From: Mobula hypostoma
Taxonomy: Eukaryota
Direction: 5' to 3'
DNA length: 64,000 nt
NCBI RefSeq assembly: GCF_963921235.1
Contig: NC_086097.1
Span: 93,498,001 to 93,562,000 of the forward strand
Below, piece after piece: positions 47,601 to 61,033 of the stretch; position 1 is the first letter of the stretch, and every line of letters starts with the position of its first letter. Under the pieces are notes generated by a model that worked only from the letters and a program-made list of their open reading frames with translations, did no database searches and was not told the DNA's origin. The translations under genes and the position numbers were made by a program.

Positions 47601-50600
47601 TGTAGTAACTTCTACTTTGAAAAAGGCACTCTCGACAACTTCATGCCAAAGAAACAACTTTATGTCAAACTTCAAAACCGTTATGTATATACAGAGGCTT
47701 TCACAACCCGTACGGCATGGCAGGAACACTATATACAAAGCCGACCGGAAGTAAAAAGAACAGAAGTAAAACCCCCCATTATGCTAATTAGTATTAACTT
47801 ACTTTTAATAATGCTCACATTACAACACTTCTCCCCCTTTAAAATCCAACATTCCCCAAATGTGAAAACTAGGAAATAAAAACAGTGGTGTTATTAACTT
47901 GCGTACCCCTGAAAACTTATACTAGTATCTCAGCAACAGTTTACCAATACAAAACATCCGGAAAACGTGACAGATTCAACATTCAATCTAACAACAATAA
48001 AAAAAACTGTCCTGTCAAAGATTCAGTCTGTCAGGAGATTTATGAGTGTGCTGTGATCTGCGCACTACCCCCTGGTGACCCAGCAGGTACAGCTGGTGAG
48101 GGTGGATCTGGTGTTGGGGGCATGAGAGGGGTCTGTGTGTCTGCATGAGAATGTCCATCCTCCTTAGGGGACCCCGACCCCTCTGCCAGCATCTCGCCCT
48201 CTGGCAAAGTCACTGGTGGACATGCTTCCGCCGTAGTCTGTCTCACAAATGGAAACTCCATGGAACTGTCTGCCTCTGAGCCGGTATCATGACGCAGGTC
48301 AGCTTAACAACATAGGAGACAGGACCACTTTGCTTAAGAATAACCCCAGGCAGCCATTGCTGATTGTTTCTCACACAGACATTGTCATCCGGTTTTAACT
48401 GTCTCTCTCGCGCATGTTGATCATGTCCCTCCTTCTGCTTTTCCTGCTTTCTCTTCACTTTTGCCTTCATGTCCGATCGCAGCAGGTCTAATCTTGACTT
48501 GGGCCTACACCCCATCAGCATCTCTGCTGGAGTGCGGGCAGTCATAGTCTGTGGCGTGAGGCGGTATTTAAACAGGAAACGTGAAAGCCGAATGCTAAGA
48601 GAGTCTCCTGTCATCCGCTTCAAGCCTTCCTTCACTGTCTGAACAGCCACTCAGCCAAACCATTGGAGGCTGTGTGGAAAGGGGCCGTCTGAATGTGACA
48701 AATGCCATTCTGCTGCATGAACTCATTGAACAGCTCACTGGTGAACGTCGAGCCATTATCAGTGACCAGAGTGTCAGGCAACCCGTGGACTGCAAACACT
48801 TGCCTGAGTTTGTCTATGGTTGAGGGGGCTGTGATGTTGCTCATGATGTGAGCTTCGATCCATTTAGAATGTGTATCTACCATTACAAGAAACATCTGCC
48901 CCAGAAAAGGGCCAGCAAAGTCCAAATGTAGCCTAGGCCAGGGGTGGTCTGGCCACTCCCATGAGTGCAAAGGAGCTGGTGGTGGCATATTCTGATTAGT
49001 CTGACATTGCATGCATGATTTTACCTTGTTCTCCAGATCCTGATCCATTCTTGGCCACCAAACGTTGGATCTTGCAAGGCTTTTCATTCGAGACACCCCT
49101 GGGTGAGTCTCATGAATTTCCTCCACAATCTGTGAACGGCTGGGGGAGGCACCTTGACCCTCGCCCCCCAGAAAATGCAGCCATTCTGCAGACTGAGTTC
49201 TGTCTTGCATTTGCCATAAGGCCTCAGTTCCTCTCCTTCCACGACTCTGGGCCAACCTTGTAAAAGAAAAGTCTTGACTTAGGACAGGACTGGGTCCCTC
49301 TCTGTCCACTGCTTGATCTGGGTCACCTTTACAGGTGTCTCTGACAGCCTCTCCAATGAAAACACAGTCTCTGGAAGCACATATGTAGTAACCAGTGTCT
49401 CAGCTAAAGGTAGTCGACTCAGTGCATCAGCATTTGCATTATTCCCACCCGCTCTGTACACTATAGTGCACCGGTAGGCTGACAGTGTAAGAGCCCAACG
49501 CTGTATCCTGGCTGAGGCTAGCGGTGGGATGCATCTAGTCTCACTGAACAGGCTCATCAGTGGTTTATGGTCCGTATAAATTGTAAATGCGCGTCCATAA
49601 AGGTATTGATGAAAGCGTTTGACCGCAAAAACAATGGCCAGACCTTCTTTGTCTAGCTGTGAATATCCCTTCTCAGCAGCTGTCAGGGTACATGAAGCAA
49701 GACCAATAGGCTTCTCTGAACGGTCCTCCATTACATGTGAGAGAACTGCCCTGACTCTATAGGGCGAGGCATTGCATGCAAGGGTGATCTCCTTGTCTGG
49801 GTCATAGTGAACAAGCAGCTTCCCTGAGTGGAGGAGTTCTTTCACTTCCTTGAAAGCCTTCTCCTGCTCTTCACCCCACTGCCACTTAGTGTCATTGTGA
49901 AGCAGCTTATACAGTGGGGTCAAAACCCTTGAGAGTTCAGGAAGGAACTTGCCATAACAATTCACCATGCCCAAAAATGATCTGAGTTAGGGCTCGGAGC
50001 CCCCTTAATAGCTCTCATTTTGTCCTCCACAGGTCAAAGCTCTTCAGCTGTGATCTTGCGTCTCAGGTAAGTCACACTCGATGCCAGGAACACACATTTT
50101 CTACGTTTCAACCGCTGCCCTGCGTCTGAGATCCTCTTCAGCACCCGTTCTAAATTAGCCAGATGCTCCACCTCCGTAGCCCCCATGATCAAAATATCAT
50201 TAAGGTACACTGCTACGTGTGGAATCCCCTGTAGCAAAGTGTCCATTGTCCTTTGGAAAATGGCAGGGCTGGACGCTACTCCAAACACCAGGCGATTGTA
50301 CTTGAACAATCCCTTGTGCGTATTAATTGTGACATACTCCTTTGAATCCTCATCGAGCAGCAGCTGTTGCTAGGCATGGCTCATGTCCAGCTTTGTGAAC
50401 AGCTTACCCCCTGACAGGGTCGCAAACAGGTCATCCACCCGTGGCAATGGGTACTCCTCCAGCCTAGAGACCTGATTCACCGTAAGCTTATAATCCCCAC
50501 ATATCCTCACCGTTTTGTCTGCCTTCAAAACTGGAACAATGGGAGCCGCCCACCTTGAAAACTGGACGGGCTCAATAATGCCCAGCCTCTGTAAACGTTC

Positions 50601-53600
50601 CAGCTCCTCCTCGACTTTGCCTTTCATGGCATAGGGCACCGACCTGGGCTTTAAAAAAACGTGGTGTAGCCTTGGGGTCGACATGGAGTTTCACTGTCTT
50701 ACCCTTCAGTGTTCCCAGCTTGTCCCTGAAAACGTCACTGTACCGCTGCAGAATGTCTTCCGTCGTGTGTGCATACTTAATTTCATGCCAGTTTAGCCGG
50801 ATTTTGTGAAGCCAATCGCGACCCAAAAGAGTGGGCCCCCTGCCCTGAGCTATCACTAGCCTGGCTTCAGTCTTCTGACCCCCGGCTGAAATGTCCACAT
50901 ATAACACCCCTAAATGAGGTATGGGCTGCCCCGTATAGGTCCCAAGTTTGAGTTTTGATGGTCTAATGGGAGGCAGGTTGGACCCCCATGTCCTCCTGTA
51001 GGTCTCCTCACTAATGACCGATGCAGTAGCCCCTGAATCAATCTCAAACTTAATGTCCTTTCCCCTGACAGTGTCTATGGCATAATATGGTTCAGGTGGT
51101 TCCTCATCTGTTTCCACTGCAAACATGTTGTAGACACACGCTGCCTCTTCATCTGCTTCTTCTAGATGGTGTGTGGCTGCCTGGGCCTGTTGAGGTTTCC
51201 GCTGCCCAGGCTTAATCTTACCCTTTGAACTTCTGCACTTTTTAGCTAAATGTCCCTTTTTGCTACAAGCATAGCAGACATTGTCAGTGAATTTGCAATC
51301 ATTTGCATAGTGCGTCCCTCCACACCGGAAACATTCCACCCGCTTTGCCTGTTTACCAGTCTCCCTCCTGACTTGGTGCACTGCTGCCGACTGCAACCCC
51401 CATGTCCTTTCTGGATATCCTTGACATTATTAACAGCCATCTCCATGCCTTGGGCAATCTTTAAGGCTTTCTTGAAAGTCAACGGTGGGGTTTCCCCCAA
51501 CAGGCGGCGTTGCATGCCGTCATTATTAATGCCGCATACCAATCGGTCACGGAGCATGTCATTCAACACCGCTCCGAAATCACAATGCTCCGACAGCTGC
51601 CGAAGCTTTGCCACAAAATTGGCCACAGACTGACCTGGCTTCCTGAAACGGCTGTGAAACTTACACCGTTGGACTATCACAGAAGGTTTCGGATTGTAGT
51701 GGTTCCCCACGAGCTTGATCAGTTCGTCATATGGAATGTCCCCGGTTTCCGCGGTGTGGCTAAATTCCACCGCGGACATGATTTTTGCTGCGCGCCAACT
51801 CCAGGAAAAATGCCAGGAGCAACACAGCGACCTCTTCGTGACCTTTGTCGATCTAACCAAGGCTTTCGATACTGTCAGCAGAGAAGGCTTGTGGAAGATC
51901 ATGGAGAAGTTTGGCTGCCCCAGCAAGTTCATCACGATCGTCCGGCAGTTCCACGACGGTATGATGGTGAAAGTTCTGGATGATGGCGACGAGTCGGAGG
52001 CCTTCCCAGTGACAAATGGCGTCAGACAAGGCTGCGTTCTTGCCCCGACTCTGTTCAGTATGGTATTCTCTGCCATGCTGACAGATGCCTTCCATAACTA
52101 CGAAGAAGGAATCCACGTCAGATACAGGACTGACGGCAGGTTGTTCAACCTTAGGTGCCTGCAGGCAGTTACAAAGGTGCGAGAGACTGTCATCAGAGAC
52201 TTCTTGTTTGCTGATGACTGCGCACTCAACGCCAGCACAGAGCAGGAGATGCAGCGTGAAATGGACTGCTTCTCACAAGCCTGCGACAACTTCGGTCTCA
52301 CTATCAGCAGCAAAAAGACCGAAGTTATGTACCAGCCTGCCCCAGGAAAGCCATACCAGGAGCCGCGCATCACGGTGAAGGGCCAGAACCTCCAGGCAGC
52401 CGACAACTTCACCTACTTGGGCAGCATACTCTCTCGCGCAGTGAATATAGACGCTGAGGTCAACAACAGGATTGCCAAAGCCAGCGCTGCCTTTGGGAGA
52501 CTCCGTGAGAACGTCTGGGAGCGGAGAGGACTCAGCCTTACCACCAAGCTGAAGGTCTACTGTGCAGTGGTCCTTACCGCCCTCCTTTACGCCAGCGAGA
52601 CCTGGACTGTCTACAGCAGACACGCCAAACAGCTCAACCACTTTCACCTGAGCTGTCTCCGCAGACTCCTCCACATCAGGTGGCAGGACAAAGTCCCCGA
52701 CACGGAAATCCTGGAACGAGCTGGGCTCTGTAGTGTCTACACCCTCCTGCTGAAAGCCCAAGCCAGGTGGGCTGGACATGTGGTCAGAATGCCAGACAGC
52801 CGATTGCCTAAACAGCTGCTGTACGGAGAACTGTGTCAGGGCAAGTGCTCAGTCGGGGGGCAGAAGAAACGTTACAAAGACTGCCTCAAAGCGTCCCTCA
52901 AAGGCCTGGGTGTCGACATCAACATGTGGGAGACGCTTGCCCTCGACCGTCCAGCTTGGCGCAGCGAGATCACCACAGGAGCCCGTGCAGCTGAAGTCAG
53001 GCGCATCATCGAGGCGCAACGAAAGCGTGCTGTGCGCAAGGCCCGAGCAGCATCCACTGCCACGACAGCACCCACCCACTTGTGTCCCACATGTGGGCGA
53101 GCCTTCAGGGCCCGGATTGGCCTCATCAGTCACTTCCGGACCCACAGCCACCAATCTCCCATTTGACTTTGAAGCCATGGTCATCTTCGACTACGAAGGA
53201 CGAACAACAACAACAACAACAAATTCCTTATTAGCTTGTAAGTCTTTGCCCCACACACACTCAGGAGAATAGAGTGCTCTTAGCCTCCTCAGTAATTCCA
53301 CTGGCACAGAAAAAGTGTCCCAATCTTTCCTCATACTCTGGCCAGTCCTCGTTTCCTTCCAGAAATTCCCCAATAGTTCCAAACATAGCCATCTGAAACG
53401 CGAAGCTCCCGTTCGAAAAATGTGCTGATACGTTCACAAAACCAGTTCACCTCATCGCCAAAAATATGTAGTAACTTCTACTTTGAAAAAGGCACACTTG
53501 GCAACTTCATGCCAAAGAAACAACTTTATCTCGAACGTCAAACTGTTATGTCTATACAGAGGCTTTCACAACCCGTACAGCATGGCAGGAACACTATACA

Positions 53601-53674
53601 CAGAGCACACCGGAAGTAAAAACCCCCATTATCCTAATTAGTATTAACTTGCTTTTAATAATGTTCACATTACA
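47601..53674 (-). mobile_element. Complete Ty3/Gypsy (Mag-like) LTR retrotransposon, decayed, with RTE insertion in gag
   Basis: LTRs 47601-47824 and 53467-53674 (TGTA...TACA); 5-bp TSD ACTAT; minus-strand PBS TGGCGATGAGG (53450-53460, tRNA-Ser(GCT)-like); PPT beside 47825; gag ATG at 53392; IDSGA protease, RT, RNase H and integrase ORF fragments. Confidence 0.95.
51769..53220 (+). mobile_element. 5'-truncated RTE-clade LINE with uninterrupted RT-to-C-terminus frame
   Basis: 7-bp TSD AAATTCC (51762-51768, 53221-53227); DMIFAARQLQEKC, FVDLTKAFD, GVRQGCVLAP, LFADD, C-terminal CPTC...H...H; stop 53166; (CAA)n tail. Confidence 0.95.
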
Positions 53675-56600
53675 ACTATAAATGGTAGAGCAGTAGGAAG
53701 TGCAAAAGACCAATAAAAACTTATTCTGCATGTCCACAAGTCCCTGCTTAAAAAGGCAAGTAGCTGCCAATGTGTTTAAGGTTATTTGACTTTATTGAAT
53801 GAGACGTCAAATTAAAGATTAGGAAGACCTTGATAGAAAATTAAATTACAAGAAAAGCTGTTTGGGTTCTATTTGGATTTACCTGAGGCTCTTAAATCCA
53901 AAGGCTATGAAGACTTATCTGTGCAAAATGGTTTTATATTTGCCAACACCTGTTAAGGTAATTAACTGCATGATATTACAGAGATATTTGACTTTTTGTG
54001 ACTGTACTAACTTTGCATTAGAGCAGTACATAAACAAATCTGATTGCCCAGCATTTATAACTCCCATCATTTTCTCTGCTGTATATATTTATGAATCAAC
54101 CACTGAAACAACTTTGATAAAACACCCCAGTGGTTTGTCGTAATCCCTTTTCATAATTCTTAGCAGTATTTAGTATAAATGGCCGCTAATCATTGGCTCT
54201 CAGACTGGGAGTGTACTTTATTTCTCCCCGTGAACTACATGATGAGGTCTTTGCCTAAAAGAAAATTAAATCTCTTTGTTTTTCTCTTGGAGACCATAAA
54301 GTACTGGGAGTGAACAGCATAAATTAGGTTGTTAACTAACTTAGGTGATTTCACTTGGTATCAGTTGCACTAATGGAACTACAGAAACTTTAACATAATT
54401 GAAGGCAAAAGAAAATTCTATAATCTACACTTCACTGGTGCCTCATTGCAATTTTTGTTAGTGGTTCAGAGATCAAGCACTATGAAGCAGTCCTCTTGGG
54501 ATAGCCATCTTGTTTCCAACTGGTGAGCCTGAAGTCCAGGAAGCAGTTTTGGTTGCACTGTGGTACATGGTGTCTGAAAAACACGGCTCATGGGAGAGTT
54601 CTGATATCCTCAGAGAGCACAAGAGTGTTGGTGCCTGTACTGCCAAATGGGCAGAGTACTGGGCAGAACACAGTACACTCAGACTGAGCAACTGTTAGTA
54701 TGATCTTCAAGACCCTGCTAAGCCTGGAACATGAGTGTGTGCTTTTTACATCCACATCAATGTCCTTTTTGAGCAACATTACTGTATGCTCAAGACTCTG
54801 AAGGATGGGAAACATAACTCAGTGGGGGCAGAAACTTATTCCCTCAGCTGCCATGTTTTCCTTTGACAGAGGAGGCTATTTGTCTCATTGGGTCCATGCC
54901 AGTTCACATGGTAATTCCATATGCCCCCCTGGTAACCTATTCCCTTGGCAGATTCTACCAATCACCTCCACACTAGAGACGACCGATAGTGTCTATTTAA
55001 CTTACCTACCTGTGTGACTTTGGGATGAAACCAGAGCACAGTCAGGACTCCCAAACAGTTAGTGGGAGAATATGAAAACTCAACACTAACAGCAATGGAG
55101 GTGAGAACTGAACCCAGATCACTGGAGATATGTGGTGACTACATTTTCTGGAACACTTGGCTGCCTCCAGGACAATATTTCCATTGACAGAGAAGGACAG
55201 TTTGTTTCCAAGAGGAAGTTCTTGTGGCCTTGAGAGATTTGAATAGGGGTTCCTTTATTTTCTGACCCAACTGGCAGAGGTGATTGGATGAGCTAAGTAC
55301 AGCTCTCAGCATCTGTTTTGTCCTAGGCACCCTCTCCTGAATGCTTTCCTATCATGGATCTTACCTGACCCCCTTCCAACCCTGAATGACTCACAACCTT
55401 GTTGGAATCAAGACAATAGCTTCCTCTTCCTGACCTCAGCCCACTCATGCTATATGTCTCCTCACAAAACACTCTCCAAAACTCTGTTCCCTTGTGTGGT
55501 TAATATCTAAGCTGGTGTTATACAGGTGCAGGTACAGTAAAACAACATGTCTTTCCTGTGATGGCCAGTGGTGAAGCCACCTCCTGCTCGTTCATTGCTT
55601 TTCTCTGTGGAACGCCTGAAGAGAAAGGGAATACATATGAGGTGGTCCTGCCCTGCCACACTGATCAGCCACAAAGGAGTTATTGCAACAGTCCCGACTG
55701 CTACAGTAAGCGAGTTTGCACCCGAAGGAAATTTTTACAAGCTGCACATGTTAGAAACCTGAAAAAAATCGGCAGCATCCCACAGGCTGGGCAGTGAATG
55801 TTGCAGGCCCTATCCTTCTGTAATTGTGAACACTTCCATAGATCTTCTCAGTACTTCTGTTGAGGGGTCGATGAACGTGACCCACAATTGGCTGCTGATA
55901 TTGGGCAAGTTTACAGGAGACGAGTCTCCTGTAAATGAAGGCTTAGTCACCTGTGATTGTAAGTTTAACTTTTGTTGGATATCTGTATGCTGCAGCCATG
56001 ATAACAGATATTCAGATATACTTTATTCAGGGTACAGGGATATCATTGGCAATGCTGTCATTTATTACCCTTTTCAATTAACCTGAACTTACAAGGCAGC
56101 TAAAAGTCAAACATATTGTTGAGTCTGGAGTGGATAAACACAGGGTAGAGCAATTTTGTACCGACTTCTGGTTTTCTTATTGGCCATCAATAAATCCACC
56201 TGCTCAGTCTTTGTCAGGAATTTTGTTCTCTTTTTCTAGAGTCAGACTCCTCCCCAAACCATCTGGCCACCCTCCCCCCTCCCCGACTCACACGTGGACA
56301 ACATTGTAATAAAATGACGAGAAAATCTGTGAACCCCACCCGGTTTCCTTGGCTGCACACGTCCAGGGAAGACACACTCCGGTCCCGCCAAACCCGTGAG
56401 ATTGAGACGACTCTCCCACCCAAACCGCAGTTTGTGTGGATGCTGGGTAATTTGTTACCCTGTTACAACTCAGTGCCAAGAAGCAACAGACAGCACACTG
56501 CATATGATTAATGGAACTATGTTTGTGCATCTTAACTTAACTAAAGGGTTAGTACAGAAAAGAGAAAACAAGAAGGGCCCATTATAAATAAACAGTCAAA

Positions 56601-59600
56601 CGTGCACAAGTTGGAGCTCAACTCTTTCAAAAGTCACACTTAATCACCAATCCTCAGTAGCCCACAGCACTTTGCTGCATCCAATCATGGTCCCCCACTG
56701 GGTCGAATCCTACAACCGGTTCTCTCCAGCGTCTTCTCTCTTCACCTCCCACCGAACAAAGGAACCAGCTCACACTGGTGTCAGGCACACAACACAAGAA
56801 CACAGTCCCCTCATTGGACAGCTCACATTCCAAAGCACCCACTATCTCTAACTATATCCCAAACACTGCTTCTACAGTGAAACCTTTGTGTTTGCAGTGA
56901 AACCTTTCCCAGGGTGTTACACTCTTCCCCCCCACCAAAATTAGCCATGTCCTCATGACGTTGAGATAATTTGTCACCCCTTCATACAAAGCACATAGTC
57001 CATCCCAGGTGTAAGTAGCAGTGACATAGCTCACCAAAGGGAAAGGTGCCACACTCTGTTCCCCGGGTGCAACACAGGCCAGTCTGTCTGGGGATTTGCT
57101 GTCTCTTTGGGACCTCCTTCCCCCATCATCTACTTCTTCTACTTCAGGCACTCCCTGGGCTCTTTCCTGTCTACCTCCGGCCTGTCCATTACCCATGCCT
57201 CCCAATAACTCGGGTCCCCTTGTCACTTGACTGAGCTCAGCTTCGTGTCCAGCTATTTTACCATCCAGCCTCCCGTCATTTTATAACCGCAAACCTGCCT
57301 GTCCTCTGCTGGATCACCCCCCCCATTTCACCCGCCTCAGCGTGAGAAGGGTTGGGAACCTCTTCATCAATTATTGGAGAGCTTGCAAAGGGCAGCAAAT
57401 ACCACACCCCTACTTCCTCATCCTCCGAGTCTGTATCTCATTCAGGGGTTGGGTCCAGTCTAATCCTTCCCACTGCTGGTCCTTCAGTTCCCACCCTCCC
57501 CCGTCACCGCAGAGTCCCCTTACTAGGTGTAGGCTCCAGGTCCGGCTCTGGGTCCCAGAGGCTGAAGGTGGTTCCGATAGAGAATCTTGACAGGCCCATT
57601 CTCATCCTTTTGTTTCACCCGGGAAACTGGTATGTTTGGCAACAGACTCTCCACCACATAGGGTGTGGCTGCCCAGCAGTTGGCCAACTTATGCTTCCCA
57701 GTTAGCCCCAAGTTTCTTATGAGGACTCAGTCTCCAGGCATTATTTGAGAGAATCTGACCTTTTGATCATACCTCCTCTTATTTCCTTGATTCTGCTTGG
57801 CAGCCGCGACCCCAGCTAATTCATAAGCTTTTTGCAGCTCCCTTCTCATATCAGACACACACTTCAGATAAGTCTTCTGTTGCAGATCTTCCCCACTGGT
57901 CTCAAAACAGAGCTCAATGGCAACCTCACTTTGCGCCGGAACATCAGATAATATGGCAAGTACCTGGTAGCTTCATTCTATGTACGGTTGTAACAGTGGA
58001 CCAGATGTCCAATATGTTAACTCTAGTTGTTCTTTTTACTGATCTCCAAGGTTCCAAGCATGCCTAGCAAGGTCCAATTGAACCTCGCAGGCTGGGAATC
58101 ACCCGGCGTGAAAAGGGGTAGTCCTCGACTTCAAGCATGCTCAGAAGCTCATGTATGAGCCTACTCTCGAAATCCCGTCCCTGATCACTATGTAGACACC
58201 TAGGGAGGCCATAATAAATGAAATACTTCTTCCAGAACACTTTGGCCACAGTGGATGCCCTTTGATCCTTGGTAGGGAAAGCTTGTGCATATCTGGTGTA
58301 GTGACCCTTAATGACCAAGACATTCACCATGTTGCTGGCATCTGGCTCTATTGACAAGAAATCGATACACACCAGGTCAAGGGGCCCCACACTCTGCAAG
58401 TGGGATAATGGAGCGGCCCCTGTAGGCAGTGTCTTCCTCCCTATACATCGAATGCACAACGTGCAGTACTCTTCAACCTTCAACTTCACCCGGGTCCAGG
58501 AGAACCAATCTCTGACCAATCTATAGGTCTTGTCAACTCCCAGATGACCAGAATCATCATGCAGTGACTTCAACACAATCCTGATACTTCTCAGGCAGGA
58601 CCAGCTGGGAATCCCGAGGCCGATCCAGAGGCAACATGACCCGGTATAGAATCTGGTTTCTCAACTCCAGTCTGGGCCATTATCTCAGTAGCAGAGACAC
58701 GACAGGGTGTTTCATCTTGTCCGCTTGGGCCATGTCCCCTTTCGCAACTGCTGACCAAACAGTACCAGTACACAGGTCATCTCGCTGAGCGGCTGCCACT
58801 TCCCCAGGACTCAATTCTGGCAACTGCTTTGTCTTCAGAGCAGACAGGTTGCAATAAGCTTGTGGAATGGCGCCATCAGACGCTCCCAAATGATCTGCCA
58901 CTTGATTCTATCCCTGCCTTTCCTCTGCCTTCCCCGTAATGGAAAACAAGTGCATGGCTTTGACTCCAGGGGCAGGAACGCTCTCCCACTCTCCGTCCCT
59001 GTCCAGCCCTTCATGTGCATGTCAGGACAAAGTATCGGCGTCAATGTTCCGACTCCTCGGCTGGTACCTCGGGTTGAAATCATAGGCAAACAACGCCGCC
59101 AACCACCAATGGCCTGTGGTATCCAATTTCGCTGAAGTCATGATATAAGTTAATGAGCTGTGGTCCATCCTCCCCTCAAACTTGGCACTTAGCTTATCCG
59201 CCACAGCCCACTTCAATGCCAGGAACACCATCTTGTGTGCGGGGTGGTTTCGCTTAGAGGGGGACGGACTCCGGCTGACAACCACAACAGGTCTCAAAAC
59301 TGTGCCCTGATCCTGATACAGAATACCCGCTAAGCCCCCTCTGATGGAATCTGTACACAATACATACGGCAACCACGGGTCAACAAAAGCCAACACAGGC
59401 GCTTTCATCAGCAGCTCCTTTAGCAACTGAAAGGCCTCTTCACATTTTGCATCCCATCTCACTCCAAAAGGCTCCGAAGGGCTAAGATAATCTTTACCCT
59501 CCTCTCCTTTAGTCCTCCTCCCTTTCTTCCCCAAGGGAGGGTAACTGCACTGAAGCTGATTTAAAGTGTGACTCATCTTAGAGTAATCCTTCACGAACCT

Positions 59601-60619
59601 CCGATAGTCCCCACAGAACCCAAACAATGAGCGCAAGACACTCACAGTCTGGGGCCTTGGCCATCTGGTCACTGCCTCTACCTTAGACAGATCTGTAGCT
59701 ACTCCAATCCTGAGACTATGTGCCCAACATAGCTGACAGATGTCTTGCAGAACTGGTACTTATCCAGGGAGAATTTTAACCCTTCAACCTTCAGGCGGCC
59801 CAGCACCTTCAGTAGCCTCGCTTCACGTTCCTCCAAGGTGGACCCAAACACTGAGGTCATTCAGATACACCAATACCTCAAGCAAGTTCATATCTCCCAT
59901 TGTTTTCTTCATGACTTGCTGGAAGGTCGCAAGGGCTCCTGATATGCTTTCGAACTGGAAGAATCCCAGTGGACATATGTCAGCCTCACTCATGGGGATC
60001 TGCTAATAACTACTCCTCAAGTCCAGCACACTGAACCACTTTGCACGCCAGCATGCCCTCAATCCTCGGAACTGTACACTGGTCAGGGATGGTGCACCTG
60101 TTCAGAGTCCTATAGTCCCCACACATTCATACCTTCCCATTCTTCTTTTTGGCCACCACTATTGGAGACGCGTGAGGGCTCCTAGACTCAGTGATGATCC
60201 CAGCTTCCTTCAACTTCCGCAGATGCTGCCAAATGTCTTCCACCTCTGCAGGGGTCAGTCGCCGTGACCTTTCTCTGAACAGGGTGTCCTTGGTCACACG
60301 GGTGGTGCGACGAGTGCTCTTGGAACAACCCACATCAAACTCGTCAACAAAAAAGACATCTTCCCTATCAACCTCCTCTTCCAACCTCTAGGTACCAGGG
60401 AGACCCCAAAGTCGAATGACTCGGCAGCCAACTTTCCCTTTTTCGGAGGGTTTCTCCCCGCTTGTCCCACAGGGACACTAGACATTACCGTCACCGGAAA
60501 AAGGCACGGCATTGTCACCCCGCCTGAGGGTGACCTCCTGCTACAAAGTGTTTCTGATACTCACAGTCATCCTGTTCCCCTGTACAACTGAGGGCTTCTG
60601 CAGTTCAGGCCCCACCAGT

Positions 60620-61033
60620 ACAGGAGACCCGTGTGTCATCGGGGGAGTCAGGATATCTGCTGTGGGCTGATTTTTTAACATCGTAAACCAGCCAGTTGTT
60701 TGTTATGTCTCCCCGAGAGAGAGAATCTGTGGTATGTCGAATTCCGGATGAAACACAAAGTCTTTGGGGTAACTGCAAGTCTGTGTCTTTGCTATCGCTT
60801 TGCTCACACTCGAGTGCTTGCTTTTTTTCCCGCGGGGGGAGGGGGATTGTTGCTCGCTACCACTTACGCACGGGAGGGGGGTAGCTAGGAGGGACTTTGG
60901 CGTTCTTACATTTATCTGTCGTTCATTCTTTGGGGCACTTCTCTGTTTTCGTGGATGTTTCCAAAGAAAAAGCATTTCAAAATGTAAATTGTGTACATTT
61001 CGCTGACATTACATTGGACCTTTGAACCTTTGA
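60620..61033 (+). mobile_element. Non-LTR 3'-end fragment inserted in the Gypsy pol region
   Basis: Interrupts the minus-strand Gypsy frame and ends in a short (ACCTTTGA)n tail; family and left edge uncertain. Confidence 0.45.

Noticed and set aside
50185..50215. YLND motif in the second Gypsy RT as a natural variant
   Set aside because: It changes the essential first Asp in an element with many frameshifts, so it is best read as decay.
51246..52076. 276-aa minus-strand ORF, and the N-terminus of the 483-aa plus-strand ORF, as novel fusion proteins
   Set aside because: Both read by chance across the RTE/Gypsy junction at 51768; nothing suggests expression.
54470..56090. Non-repetitive-looking stretch with short ORFs as exons of a neighbouring gene
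   Set aside because: No recognisable domain and no consistent splice-phase chain; cannot be excluded without RNA data.
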